Part shown: in pieces, positions 36,101 to 49,102 of the stretch
How the letters are laid out: the number at the start of each line of letters is the position of its first letter
Numbering within the stretch: the first letter of the stretch is position 1
NCBI GenBank assembly: GCA_964187785.1
Contig: OZ076409.1
Span: 33,420,001-33,484,000 of the forward strand
Length of the DNA: 64,000 bases
From: Amphiscolops sp. MND2022
Lineage: Eukaryota
Reading direction: 5' to 3'
Program-made: the position numbers and the translations under genes
Notes under the pieces: generated by a model
Told to the model about the DNA's origin: nothing
The model's database searches: none
The model's input: only the letters and a program-made list of their open reading frames with translations

Positions 36101-38782
36101 TTTGCAAGCGAATCACAAAACAAACAGAACAAAGTAAAGACACACGGGAACAACTCAGAAAATGACAGAGCAACCAAGAAAACGAGAAAAACAGGAGCGT
36201 GATCGAACTAAAAAAAAACAAACAAAAACCATTCCGATTAACAACTTGAGAAATTCCAAAAGCAAACAATACCAAACAAGTGAATTACCATTACCGCATC
36301 ACCAAAGCGAAATGGACCAAAATTATTTCCATTGCGGCGCAACGGCCAAAATTATGGAAACTATTCGAAAGAGAACGACGAGTCCGGAAACACTACGGTT
36401 GGTGGAAAGAAGGTTAGAAATCGCGAGACCTGGGACAATTAGAAGGAGATATGACCAGATTGCTCAGAGAACAATTTGGGTCCCGTCTAGGCCCGACAAA
36501 AGAAGCAGAGAAGAAATTGCGGAGATCGACGGAAAATTTATCAACTGGGCAAACAGACTGGGCGGAGGCTACTAACCGATAGCAGTAAGCGAAATCGAAC
36601 AAAACGAAGATATAGAAGCGGAGCCCGATGAACAAATAGAAGATCTCGAAAGCGATTGGAAAAATCAAATTATCAGAAGCGATAATTTACCGATTGTCTT
36701 TTTACGAAGCTACAACACGGACGGGAAAAAGGCACATTCCGTGCAAATAAACAAATAATCAGAGCAGTAACAGAAAAAAAGAAAGCAGCCACGGAAAGCA
36801 CAATAAAGAAAACCGAAATGGAATTTATGCTAGACTTGAAACGATGATAGCAAAATCTTCTACCGACGTCAATCTAAACAGAGTAAAACTAGCAAGAACC
36901 CGAAGGTTACAAGCAACGATTCAACAGCCTGTCAATGAAGTGCGGGTTGATATTCAACGACGACGACAAAATTATCTTCCCGAATGAACTCAGAAAGAAA
37001 TTTCTGGACACCCTGCACTACGGACATGCCGCAACAACAAAAATGGCAGAAGAAGATAGAATTTACTTGTGACCCAATATCACACAAGAAATCGAGGAAA
37101 AAGTGAAAAATGCGTGGCCTGCCTTGCATCCGGTAAGAATTTAAAATATCAAATACCGAAAAACAAAAGCGGAAAATTAAAAACACTAACCGAGCCGGGA
37201 CTAGAAATCCAAATGGATTTCTCCGGGAAACTACACAACAAAAACTTGAACGGGGAGAATCAAATATTAGTAGCAGTTGATAGCTTTCGTAATTAGCCGA
37301 CCGTTAAAATTTGTAAAACCTCGGATACAAAAGAAGTTATAAACTTTTAAACTCAAACGGAATACAGGAAAAGATTAATTCGGATAAAGGCGGAGCAATC
37401 ATTTCTAAAGAATACACCAAATTTTGCAAATCGAAAAACATTGCAATTGAATACTGCACCCCGAGAATACACACAGGTACGGGAGCAGCTCAAATCGCGA
37501 TAGAAACAACAAAGAACTTAATCATAGCCAATTTGGACGATAATTTTTGCTTGACCGAATGTGTTGATAGAGCGTTGAAAGTAATGCGTTTTACAACACA
37601 CACGGTATCAAATTTAACACCGTTTGAGCTTCATCACAGGAGGAAGCCAAGAACCGAATTGACCGATCTCATTAAAGACTGAAAATCGTATCTCTCTGAT
37701 TGGTCCGATTTATCTGTTTCAGCAGAAAAGAAACCGAAGATTACGATATGTTACCAGAGACTACGTTTTCATTTATTTGGTAATGGCGGAAACAAAGACC
37801 GAAGAAAAAGCGACAGAAAAGTTACCGAGAGAGATATCTTCGGTTAGTGAGTATCCTTTTATAATTGTTGATAAAAAACAAAAAACAAGGAATCGCCAAA
37901 AGGGAAATTCGAAACGAAATTACAAACCGCAGTTAGCTGAATGGAACATACCGTAACTATCGAAGACGGAAAATTGATTCACCAATTTAATTTCACAACG
38001 AAAAGAAGAACGAACGGGCTCCGCAAATTAGTGACAAGTTGACACCGAAACACAGACACTGCTTACGCGGAGAAGACGGGAAGTACAGTCAGTGGAAAGA
38101 GATCTTGAGAGATATCCTGAATGGAAAACTGAAAATCATCCAAAACCGGACGAGAAAATCAGATAACGAATCAAAGCGAGCGAGGAAGGAGAGATCGGCG
38201 ACCAAGATGAGAGTTACTACGGAATGGAAAACCCGGACACGTCCGAAAGAAACGAATATAAACTGATAACAATCAATCCAGAGGACGAATTGAAGCTGCA
38301 TACCGTTGGTGAAATGCTTACCAGTGAGAATAAAAACAAAAAATTAATAACGGACTATAGTTTCACAAGATGATCAATTCGGTAAAGTAGACAACCGAAT
38401 AGATACGGGGGGGTGCCATATACAAAAAACTTTTGGCCATAAATTTGGGTTTTAAAAGTTTGTTTCAGGATTTATCGGAAGAGCAGGAAACCTAGCGGAA
38501 CCGGCGGATTTCGAGTGAGAAGGAAGCCCGATGCCGGTTTCATCAAAAATGTAGAAGAAAGATCCCCAGCAGGGACTGCAAACTGTCAATCAATCTGATT
38601 TCCATATGTGCAATAATGATTCTATTTATGTTGGTACATATTTATATACATTATTACAAGATGTACAATAGATTAGTTTGATAGAGAATCATTGGTATTT
38701 ATTTTTGCATAGAAATCAGTTGGTTCCAAATTGAAGACTTTATAGATACCTCATCTTTTCATCGAATCCTTAAAATAGAACA
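33140..38782 (+). mobile_element. Decayed Ty3/Gypsy element (Gypsy-3)
   Basis: LTR homology 33179-33381 vs 38580-38782 ending AGAACA; PBS TGGCGCAGTCAG at 33382. Gag with knuckle CKFC, protease IKDTGSPIT, RT (WLDDIIVVTRG ~35228), RNase H (TTDAS), integrase (QMDFSG, SDKGGA). 5' limit approximate; TSD not resolved. Confidence 0.9.
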
Positions 38783-41010
38783 ATTGTCATCCAAGTCAAT
38801 TCCACATGTAAGGGAATTGGCAGTTTGAAAAAGATCTGAGGAATGACAAACCCAAAATATAAATGACATGCCGGTCTTGGCGAAGATCTTTAAACAGCGT
38901 CTGCAATTGAATATCTGCAAATGTCATCAAATGTAGAAACAGTAGAAAACTGCAAGTTAGTAAATTCCAAATAGCATTTTGGGGTCAGGGCAACTGTTTT
39001 ACTAGTCTTTCTCGAAACAAATCTCCAAAGAGCTGAATGGTGTCTGGTGCTAATCTTGTGCTAACTTCATAAATCAAAAGAGTATATGCAACTGACATTT
39101 GTCCTTGAATTCAAGCAGCTACTGCGATCGACTTTTTAGTCCAATTTCTGTGGTCTAGTTTGCGACTTTTGTTCCTTCAGTCTAGGAGCAAGAACTGAAC
39201 CAATCTCAATTTACATTTTGCCGGTATTCGAAGTACTTTGATATATGACTTTTACAAGACGCTGCCCTATGATGAGGGTCCTATTAGCACGACTCAAGCT
39301 TTACCTCAAAGCATATATGAATTGAAGTGATTTTAAAGAGTACATGTTTCCAAGAAAAAAAATTTAAAAAAATCAATTATTTCTGCTTCAATTATTTCTG
39401 AAAAGCTGTATGATAGTCTTTTTCAAGTAGGTGCCTTTTGTATTTAAAAAAATTGCCCCATTCCCAATACTTTGCGCGCCATTTCCAGCCGAACCAAGTT
39501 TTATAAAGAATAGTTGCCAGCTTCAGGATATCTGCTTAGGATAATGGAAGTCAAGGTTGAAGGTTCCCTTGATTAACAGTTATTAGACTATAGCTGATCG
39601 AAGCTGTCACATATTTAGCATTTCCCCCAAGGCAAACTGGGAAAATTCTTCGGGCTGAAATAAGCTGTAAAGCATGTAGTCTGTGATGAAATAAAGAGTA
39701 GCTTAAAGGCGGGTTTTTCTCAATAGGGTTTCATTGAAGCTATGAATCAATTAAAATCTAATGTGACAACCATTTTGAAACACAGCAGTTTCAAAAATTT
39801 GTTGTGTAACATTAGTATAGTTATTCATTCACATACCCTATGTTATAACCAAAAGTTGAAAGTCTTTGAGAAGCTTGTTGAACTGTCCAGAACCAAGCAA
39901 GACTATAATTTCAAATAAAATTCAGAAAAAAATATAATACCAATTTTATTGCTTTAACTCAAATTGACTTCCGTTGCATAGGTCTCGAGAATTTATCGAA
40001 AAAGTTACTGACTAGTCATCTACCGAGATGACGAAAGTTCAAAATTTTCGAGAGCAGCAGGCGAAACGGAATGACACTTTATACATAATTAGAGCCAGTT
40101 TATTCTTCAAATCGTTGAGTAAAAGAGAACAAAAAGTGTTTCTCTTCGGCAAAATTTTTTCCATTGTCCCATCAAGCCCCATCAAGATGCAATTAGCTTA
40201 ATTTGTGAACTCAGCGAGAAAAGTCTTCAAATTTGAAGAGCCTCATTTGAAGAATAATAATAAGGAGCGGGAATTAGATATTAAAATTCGATGTTAAATG
40301 AACTACCAAAAGTAAGTTCATAACTATAGTTATAAATTGACAAAAAATGAACAATTTTGGGTTCCCTACTTTGAATTTATTTCCAACTGTCTCAGCTGGT
40401 GATATCTGGAAACTCTTGAACCTTGGACCATCACTCAAGTTCTCAGACACACAATTTTGGTTCATTTTGATAAACTTTTTCCCGGAACTACTTTTTTCTT
40501 ACATCTTTGATATCTCATTTCGCCTCTGAACAATTTTTCCTACAGAAGAATAGACGTATATACAAATTTTTGACGTATATACAATCAAAGTAAGTCCTCG
40601 ACTCAGAGAAACGAAAATTCAATTGATTTAGGTGGCACGGTTGTCGATTTAGGAAACAATCTTACAAATTTCAATTTTGGAGAAATTCAAAGACGTATTC
40701 CTTCCAAGGAAAAAGATTCTTTTGTTACCTTTTGAAACAACTTTATAAACGCCCCTCTGTAACTGCAAAAGTTTCAATTGAAACTGGCCTCCTAAAAAGA
40801 TTGGTATCAATGACAGTTCACCAATTGTCACTTATTCTGGTCCGAAGTTCCACCAACGGAACACCGATGTGGCTTCCGGAGCTGTTGCGATGAACACCGG
40901 ATTAATAGTTCAATTGGTAAATCCGGGAAAAACCTTTTCCGGATCATGATGAAAGTAGATCAGAAAAATTACAATTAGCCAAAAAAGACTTTATGGAAAT
41001 AAATTAAATT

Positions 41011-41290
41011 ACAAGACGTCCGCTAAGCTAACCAGCGAGATATTTTCCGCATCAAAATGTTCTACAACGAGTATATCGAAGTTTCGACAAAAATTGCATA
41101 GAAACTATAAAAATGGAGAAATTTCTTTTTTTTGGGTCATTCTTTTTGACTTACTTTTTGGGTCATTCTGGGGTCATTTTGGTCATTCCCAAAATATTTT
41201 AAAAAATCTCTACAAATACATATCGCACGAAGCTAAATTTATGAGTTGATTTTTGTGGGTGACACCCTTCAATTTGAATATAACTTTGGA
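41011..41290 (-). mobile_element. Family B element, short degenerate copy
   Basis: ACAAGACGTCCGC..GATATTTTCCGC start and GGGTCATT / TACAAATACATATCGCA block shared with 41959-42911. Confidence 0.55.
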
Positions 41291-41958
41291 AAATGGCAAT
41301 AAACATGGAAAATAAAAGTTATGGGATCCAAGAATAGGGTCAATTAAGTGCTTAAATCTGATATTCAGAATCTCATTTAAAAAATTGGGATCAGATCTGA
41401 ATCGCTAAGATTTAGGGTATATGGAGAAAACATAAGTGATATGGAGAGCAGAGGAAGATCTGAAAAATGATCAAATGGAACAAGATTTAAAAATTTGACA
41501 TGCTTTTTCATCAGGGTGAAAAATATAATTAATTCGAAGCCATGTGCCATAGTTATTGTGTCAAATTGATTGCATGTAATGAAACCTAACTGCAATGTAG
41601 ATTTCGAAAAAAATATATTACAAACTTCTTTTATGCAAGCGTAATATTTAATTTCCTGCGATATCAAAAAAGTTTCAATGAAAAAATGAAAGAGGATTGA
41701 AATGGGAGGATTACAATTCAGAATTGTCTAATTGCTGTCGTGACAGTTTTCAGTTGGTGTGTTTTTTCAGCAATCCAGACTTTTGGAAAACAAGTTTAAG
41801 CTTGATTTAACCTCGAAACCTTTTTGAGGAGTACGGACCCGAACATTCTGAAAACTGATATTCAAAAATGATTGCAATCTAAAATCTGAACAACTTTCAG
41901 CTCGAATATTTAAAAATTTAACCAGAAATGTTAAAAATCTTTCTCAGTTGTTCCAAGA

Positions 41959-42911
41959 AACAAGACGCCCGCGGACCAGCGGGATATTTTCCGCCCCAAA
42001 TCTCTTCGAAAAAGACTACTGGACAACAAATTTGTTCCTTGTTGACTCTTTTCAACATTCCAATCTACGAAGTCTGTCGAAAATTTGACAAAAATTGCAT
42101 AAAAACTTTGAAAATTGGAAAATTTTGGGTTTTTTGTCATTTTCGGTTTCAATTTGATATATTTTTCATTTAGAAAACAGCCATTATCTCTTCGGAAAAG
42201 CATACTGGACAACGAATTCCTGCCATTCCTGTCACGCTGAGCGTTTTCAACATTCTAATCCACGAAGTCTATCGAAAATTTGACAAAAATTGCATAAAAA
42301 CGTTAAAAATCGAAAAATTTTGGAATTTTTTTTATCATTTTTGGGGTAATTTTTCTTTTTGAAAAAACGCATTTATCTCCTTAAAGAATACTATTGGACA
42401 ACGATTTCGTGCCTTGTTGAACGTTTTCAACATTCTAATCCACGATGTTCATCAAAAAAATGACAAAAATTGCATTAAAACGTTAAAAGTCGAAAAAATT
42501 TGGAATTTTTGTCATTTTTTGGTAGTTTTTCTTTTAAAAAACCGCATTTATCTCTTCAGAATACTATTGGACAACGAATTCGTGCCTTGTTGAACGTTTT
42601 GAACATTCTAATTGACGATGTTTATCGAAAAATGGCAAAAAATGCATGAAAACGGTGAAAATTGGGAAAGTTTTGAATTTTTGTCATTTTCGGGGTCATT
42701 TTTGGGTCATTATGGGGTCATTTCCGTCATTCCCAAAAAAGTCCAAAAATCTTTACAAATACATATCGCATGGAACTAAATTTATGTCAGATGAATTCTG
42801 TGAATGTACTTCTTCATATAACGTAAACAATAGTTCTTGGCAAATTTTGTAAAAAAAACCCGTTTGATTTAAATATTTTCCTTTCCCATATGAAATATGG
42901 GCGGAAAATAA
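41959..42911 (-). mobile_element. Helentron/DINE-1-like element, family B, with internal ~180-bp tandem array
   Basis: subTIR GGGCGGAAAATA / TATTTTCCGCCC, 3' hairpin CCCGC-N6-GCGGG and terminal CGTCTTGTT (minus strand); four tandem units starting near 42001, 42188, 42375 and 42551. Confidence 0.7.
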
Positions 42912-43652
42912 CAATGCCAAGATATGTCCTTAACGTTAGCTACCCAGATCATCGAGGTAAGTTTCAAAAATCAAAAATGACTCCTTATAGCCAGTGAAAA
43001 GACGCATTTTTATACCATGAGAGAGAAAGTTTTGGATTTTTTTCAGCGGTGATGTCCGGTAGATCACCAGTGTTCACCGAATAAAGCTTGATTGACTGTC
43101 CCAGATTCCTAAATTGTCTTCACTGGTGGTGATCACTGGTGGTCTTTGGCGGTTTCCGTTGGAGTGGTGGAGAGCCAGCCCGGATAGCGTTAGAAGGAAA
43201 ATAAACTCAATCGAAGTGAAAGCAAGACATTCCACGAATGTCAGGAGAAAAGTTCATTTTAAAAACATGAGCTCCCGTGGTTCTAAAACAAATAGTAGCT
43301 AGAAGTTTCCTGGATGGAATCACTTGATTGCAATTTTTAAAGAACAAATAGAAATGTTGTTTGGAAATAATGACAATTTTATCAACCGCGTCTCGTTGAC
43401 AACCTGGAAAACCGTACCTCATGTTAGCTGTATTAATACTTCTACTTTCAAGAATTTGTCATTTTCTTTTACGATGAAAGCATATTTCATGTTAACCAAA
43501 CAAATCAAGAACATTGTACATGTTTAATACATTGTTTCACGATTCTATCGAATGGGATATTAGTCTTTACGGAGCTGCAAGATACTGAAGTAAACAAAAA
43601 GGCAGTAGGCTAAATCGACTGAAGACTAAAGTTTCTACACGAGTTGACAATC

Positions 43653-45112
43653 TGTGAGAGTGTGCTGAAGGTCAATTGATGCTACACTCGTTATTAAGTA
43701 ACTGTCAAAAGAATTATAGAGTATTACGTATTTATTCGAACTTTTGCTGTTACCATATACACAACTTCATAATACATTCTTATAACAATCAACATTTTTT
43801 TCCATTTATTCCACTACAACATGGCAATGCGAGCATCATCATCATCGCAGTCAGCAAAATCTTCAACAACAACCTCGTTATTGGCGGGGTTACCATTGCT
43901 CTGGCATGAAGCCTCAAAATCTCCGTCGATGAATTAGGAGAAATGGATTGACCTTTTCGCAGTGGCGATGATGGCCAAGAATTCAATCTCATGAACGAAC
44001 TGGCCAGATCGGCGGATGAGACAAATTCGAGGGTGAAGGCATTGATGAGGGATATGCCAGGAGAAGCGGTAAACAGGAAGGTCGTGAGTATAACATTCCT
44101 GTCACTTGGCGAATGCAAACGGAAGATATTTAGAGACAATAATCCGAAACTTCAATATCGACATCGCAGGCAATGGATATGCTAACCAACTGTCAGAGCT
44201 GTTTTCATATAAACGAAACAGAACATTAGATAGACATGACTTTCTTACGAGAAAACAACTGCCAACGGCAAAGTAGTGAGCAAAGTAGTGAGCAAAATAG
44301 GAAACAAACAAAAGGGTCAATTCAGAACAATATGCGAAGGTGAGTTTCGAAATGTCTGATTTCGAAGAGGAAGTTAATTTCACTATCCTAGTCAGGGAGA
44401 GGGCACGCGGAAGCAAGTTGGAAGTGACATTCCGAAAACAGAGGACAATTTCCGGACGAAACAGATTATAAGCTGACTTTTCTGCCAAACAGGAAAACAA
44501 CTAGGTGTGTGAAAATGGACGTGGCAAAGAGCTATAGCCCCCACATGAAGCTGAGCACGTGAAGCAACTAAAAAAGAAAGCGAGAGAAGGGGATGAGAGC
44601 AATTACAGCCCACCAGTTGAGGCCATTGAGGCAAACGTTGACTCAGAGCCAGACAGGTCAGAAAGCTCTAGCATGTCCATTGGGACAGAAAAGTCAATTG
44701 GGACAGATATGGCAAAAATTGAACAAATGGCATCTCCAAGACAACGCCAATTCTGGAGAAAAAACAAAAAAACGCTGCGTCATCGATGTCATCATGGCAA
44801 TAGTAGAAGAGGAAAAGGCTTGAAAAAAGTCAACTGGCATAGACTGATAAACTGTAAACCATAAAGTACTCGTATGATTAGCTACATTACGTTAATTTAA
44901 CCCAATACTGTAATGATCTTCATTATTAAACTGGAGACTGTGAGAGTGTGCTAAAAGTCGTTTGATGCTAGACTTGTTAGTAAATACCTGTCAAAAGAAT
45001 TATAGAGTATTACGTGTTTATTCGAAACTTTGCTGTTGCCGTATACACTACTTCATAATACATTCTTATATCATTCAACATTTTCATTTCCAATTATTCT
45101 ACTACTACAACA
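43653..45112 (+). mobile_element. Short non-autonomous LTR element (TRIM-like) with gag remnant
   Basis: LTRs 43653-43821 and 44939-45112 (TG..CA), perfect 5-bp TSD CAATC, TGGC- PBS-like start at 43822, gag-like fragment (RKVVSITFLSLGE), no pol. Confidence 0.85.
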
Positions 45113-47032
45113 CAATCGAAAGCAACCCATCGAAGGGTTTCCCACTACATCCACAGCGGATACAGTAGATGGATTCATCCATAGCCTACCAGATAATGCC
45201 CGGAGTGTTGAGGTACCGATTGAGGTAAGATTGAGGTATTGAGGTACGATTTAACAACTGAATGTTTATTTGTGAGTCTCATCAGCTAAAAGTCAAAGAT
45301 TTGAAAGGCAGACAAAAATTTCTGCAGACAAATTATTTCTTTCTAGAATAATCATACTATGCAGTCGATGGAATTTTAGAGGAAAAAAGTTCAGAAGTTC
45401 TATCCAGGTTCTACAAAGAAGTCGCAATGTCATGAATTGTCAAATAAATCCTGCGATTTCTTTTAGAAATTGCTGACATATTTTAAAAACTGTTTTTGTC
45501 CTTTGATGAACGAAAATGCATAACTTTCTATAAATGTTACACCAGAACGACAAGCAGTACGATTTAGTGTTTTGCTGCTGTTAACCATCAGAACCATAGT
45601 TTGCAAGACCTGATTACTCTAAAACCCAAAAACTCTGGAATTAAGCATGTTTCTTCTGGAAAATTAATAAGCATATCGTGAGAGCTATATGAAGTTTTTC
45701 AACCTTATGAATGTAAGTAACATTTGAAATCATGATGACATCGTGGAGACTACATGAAAGTTGGCAAGACATAGCAAGAAAACGCTTTTTAACATAAAAA
45801 CATTACATCAGAGATTTATTATTTCAATCAATCAAAATTTGCTAATATTAATGTTTTAAAAAAGATGCGAAAAACTCGGAGTTGGTTCCATTCATAACCT
45901 CACCTTTTGTTTGACAGAACAAACCCGAAATTCGGCGCTTCATCCGGAAAGTCTGATTTCTATCTGATTTAATGTCACATTATACACATTGGGTACGTCA
46001 TCAGAAGATGCATAGTATAGCTCATCTTAAAAAGCTCAAAAACTCATGCCTTAGCAGGATTAAATCCCATATCCTGCATTTGAAATCCAGTCTGTGAACA
46101 TCTACACCAACTTGTAGTCAACGGTACAGCGGTTTTAAGTTAAAAACGATCTTTTCGCAAACATTATTGTAGAAACTTGAATGAAAAACAAGGCACCTTC
46201 TGACCAGCAGGATATTTTCTGTCCAAACTCTCCTAGCAACGACATAATTTTGAGGCTCAAGAGTAGCCAATGCCTATTACAACGCATAGCAAATTGACGA
46301 GAAAAAACTTTGACACTTGTTGATTAATGTCATCCCAATTCAAAAGGAAACACTTTAGGAAGACACTAAATACCTTGTTGTTTTGTTGTCGGATTGTGTG
46401 GATACCAAAAACTAACCGACCAGATCTTTATTGCCAAATAATGAAAATGCAGTCATTTTGCGGCGCTTTTCCAAGAAACTGCAGATCTGATTTGAAAAAC
46501 ACAGTGGATACTGGGTTCAGTCGTTGTTGAATGCCTACACCTTCATAACTTACGAAATCTCACGAAAGGATTACAAAAACTGCACAAATATTTTAAAAAC
46601 TAGAAAAATTCGAAAATTTGAATATTTTGGGTCATTCTGACGTACATTTTAATATAAAACTGCATATTCGTTTTATAAAAGTACTGCATGCCTAATTCAT
46701 TTGTTTAGAGTTAATTGAAACTTCTCAATTTCGAAAACTTGGTAAAATATTCAAGGAGACACTGAATTGTCAAAGCACTGTCTGGTTTTGATTTTTTTCC
46801 GACAATTTGAGGTCATTTTGAAGCTCTTTTCAAACGTAAATAATGTAATTGACCTCCAAAAAGCCTATTGGATAATGCATTGGTTCGATGTTCTTCTAAC
46901 AAAGGAAATTTCCCGGAGCGTTCACAAATTTTGCATGGAAAACGTTGTTTTATTACTGACTCATCAGGGTCGTTTTGAAGTGTTTTTGAAGGAAAACACT
47001 GCAACTCACTCTTCAACTTGATTGGAGTCTTC

Positions 47033-47169
47033 AAATTTTTTGTGGCGGATAAGTAAAAAAATTCAAAATCAAACAAAACAGCTATTCAGTATGCTTCTTT
47101 GAAAGAAGCATACTGAATAGCTGTTTTGTTTGATTTTGAATTTTTTTACTTATCCGCCACAAAAAATTT
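47033..47169. repeat. Perfect palindrome, 68-bp arms, 1-nt spacer
   Basis: 47033-47100 is the reverse complement of 47102-47169. Confidence 0.95.
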
Positions 47170-47399
47170 ACACCAAATGCACGCATGAAAAACGCCAAAA
47201 ATTGTGATTTTTCGTTTTTTGATTTTTTGGGGTTATATTGAGGCTTATTTCAAATTAAAACCAGCTTTTGTTTTTTCTTCAAAAAACCTACTGGCCATTG
47301 AATTCAAACCATGGAACGGGTCAAAGTGCTGATTCACAAAATTTTTCAAAAGATTAGGAAAATTGCGTTAAATATTTCAAAAATTGTCAAAAGTTTAAA

Positions 47400-47733
47400 A
47401 TCTCGAAATTTATTTGTCGCCAAAGGGTCCCCTTCAAGTTTTTTGATATTTTGCAGCAAACTGAAGTTTCAAAAAACCCAAAGAGTCTTCCTTTCAAAAT
47501 TTTAGGCACTATGACGCTGTTTCGAAATTCTCAATTTTCGTTTTTTCAAAAATTTTTCAAAAAGTTTTACGAATTTTTTAACATGTCTCCAAAGGGTTTC
47601 CTTCCAATTTTTTTGATATTTCGCAACAAACTGGATTTTGAAAATGCCAGAAGGGTCCCCTTTTAGAATTTTACAAACTTTGCGCTTTTTGAGCTTTAGA
47701 TATAGCGCCGAATTTAGACATTCCCGTCTTGTT
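47400..47733 (+). mobile_element. Family A element, 3' part
   Basis: AAAGGGTCCCC units and AGATATAGCGCCGAATTTAGACATTCCCGTCTTGTT end; start approximate. Confidence 0.6.
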
Positions 47734-48607
47734 AGATTTTTAGAGGCTTGTTGGTTGCCCTAGTCGAGATTGCTCGAACTTTTTACATGCTGCATGGAAA
47801 TATGCAGGCTAACTTTTTATAAAACATGGAAAATTCCGGGAACGTGCATAGAAATATTTTGTAGGATTACAATGCAGCCTTCACTATTTGAATTAAAACT
47901 GAAAACTATTCCACTTCTTCGCCGCAGCGATCACTTTGTTTTCACGCGTACGTTTCTCATGTAAGTACCTTATGTAATCACCGTTAGCCAAATAGCACAC
48001 TGGATATGACGCTACTTTGAAACTTATAATGTGACTGAAATTTGTTTGCATTGAAAGCGCGGTAAAATTGATTAAGGTCTCAGCAGCTTTCAAAATTAGA
48101 ACGGCGTCTTCATGAAACCTGCAAAACGTAACAGCGCAGAATTGCCGCCAAATTTAAGATGCATTTTATAGGCAGCTTGGTAAAATTAAATCGAATCTGT
48201 GAAGATTTAATGCATGGACATTTCTTAGAGAATTTTATAAAATCATGGAAAATTAGCTTGGTAACCTACACAAACATGTAAAAAGTTCAAGCAGGGTGAG
48301 ACTATTTCGTTGCTTTTTCGTCTGCTAACAAATCAGTGATGTAAAATGACTTTTTTCTTCCGGAAGCCTCTCATAGCAGTAAAAGAGAAATATCGAAAAG
48401 CCACTGCGTCACTTGTCCAACTTAGTTCCAACTGGAGATGGCAGTCGTTCACAAAGTAAAACTTTTCGAAATTATCATTTTGTTGACGGAGAATGACATT
48501 AAAGCAAACTCACAAAAATGCGTAAATTGTTTCATCCAGACAGTTTCATTGTTTCAAACCTTGGTTCATTGTTTTAAAGTCTTTGGTTATTTTTTAAGGT
48601 ATGGTAA

Positions 48608-49102
48608 AACAAGACGGGAACGTCTCAAGTCGGCGCCACATCTAAGGTCCAAAAATATTCAAGGAACAACTATTGAAAACATTTGGAAAAATTAATATTT
48701 TTTTCAAAAGAAGTATTTGGTTAAAATAGTCGCACAATGCCGAAAAACCCATGAAGAGGTCATTTAGGCCTATTAAACGTTTTTTACAAACCTAAGATTT
48801 CAAAAAAAATGCAAAGAGGTACACTTTGAATAAAAAATCGAAAATTTTCAAGAAAGTTGCATAGTGCCGAAAAAACCCAAAGGGGGTCGCTGTGGTCTCA
48901 CTTGTACTCTTGGAAAGAAAATTTATCGTTTGGTGCGAGAATCGAACCCAGCTCTCCGGGTTCAGAAAATTGGTCGAAGTTGAACAAATGAACAAATTGT
49001 AAAATGTGGACCACTCAGAGTGAGATTGTCAACTGAAAAAAAACTACTCACTGTAATAGTCGGGTTTTTTTTCCTTAAGGTAAAAGAAGGCGCCGACTAA
49101 AA
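48608..49102 (-). mobile_element. Family A element
   Basis: AACAAGACGGGAACGTCTCAAGTCGGCGCC ... GGCGCCGACTAAAA. Confidence 0.75.

Noticed and set aside
42001..42700. Regular repeats resembling an array (CRISPR-like?)
   Set aside because: Whole ~180-bp units repeat with no unique spacers; eukaryotic context and no cas genes.
45900..46560. Possible decayed DNA-transposase remnants here and at ~58750-59900
   Set aside because: Only vague motif impressions with many stops; cannot be supported without a search.
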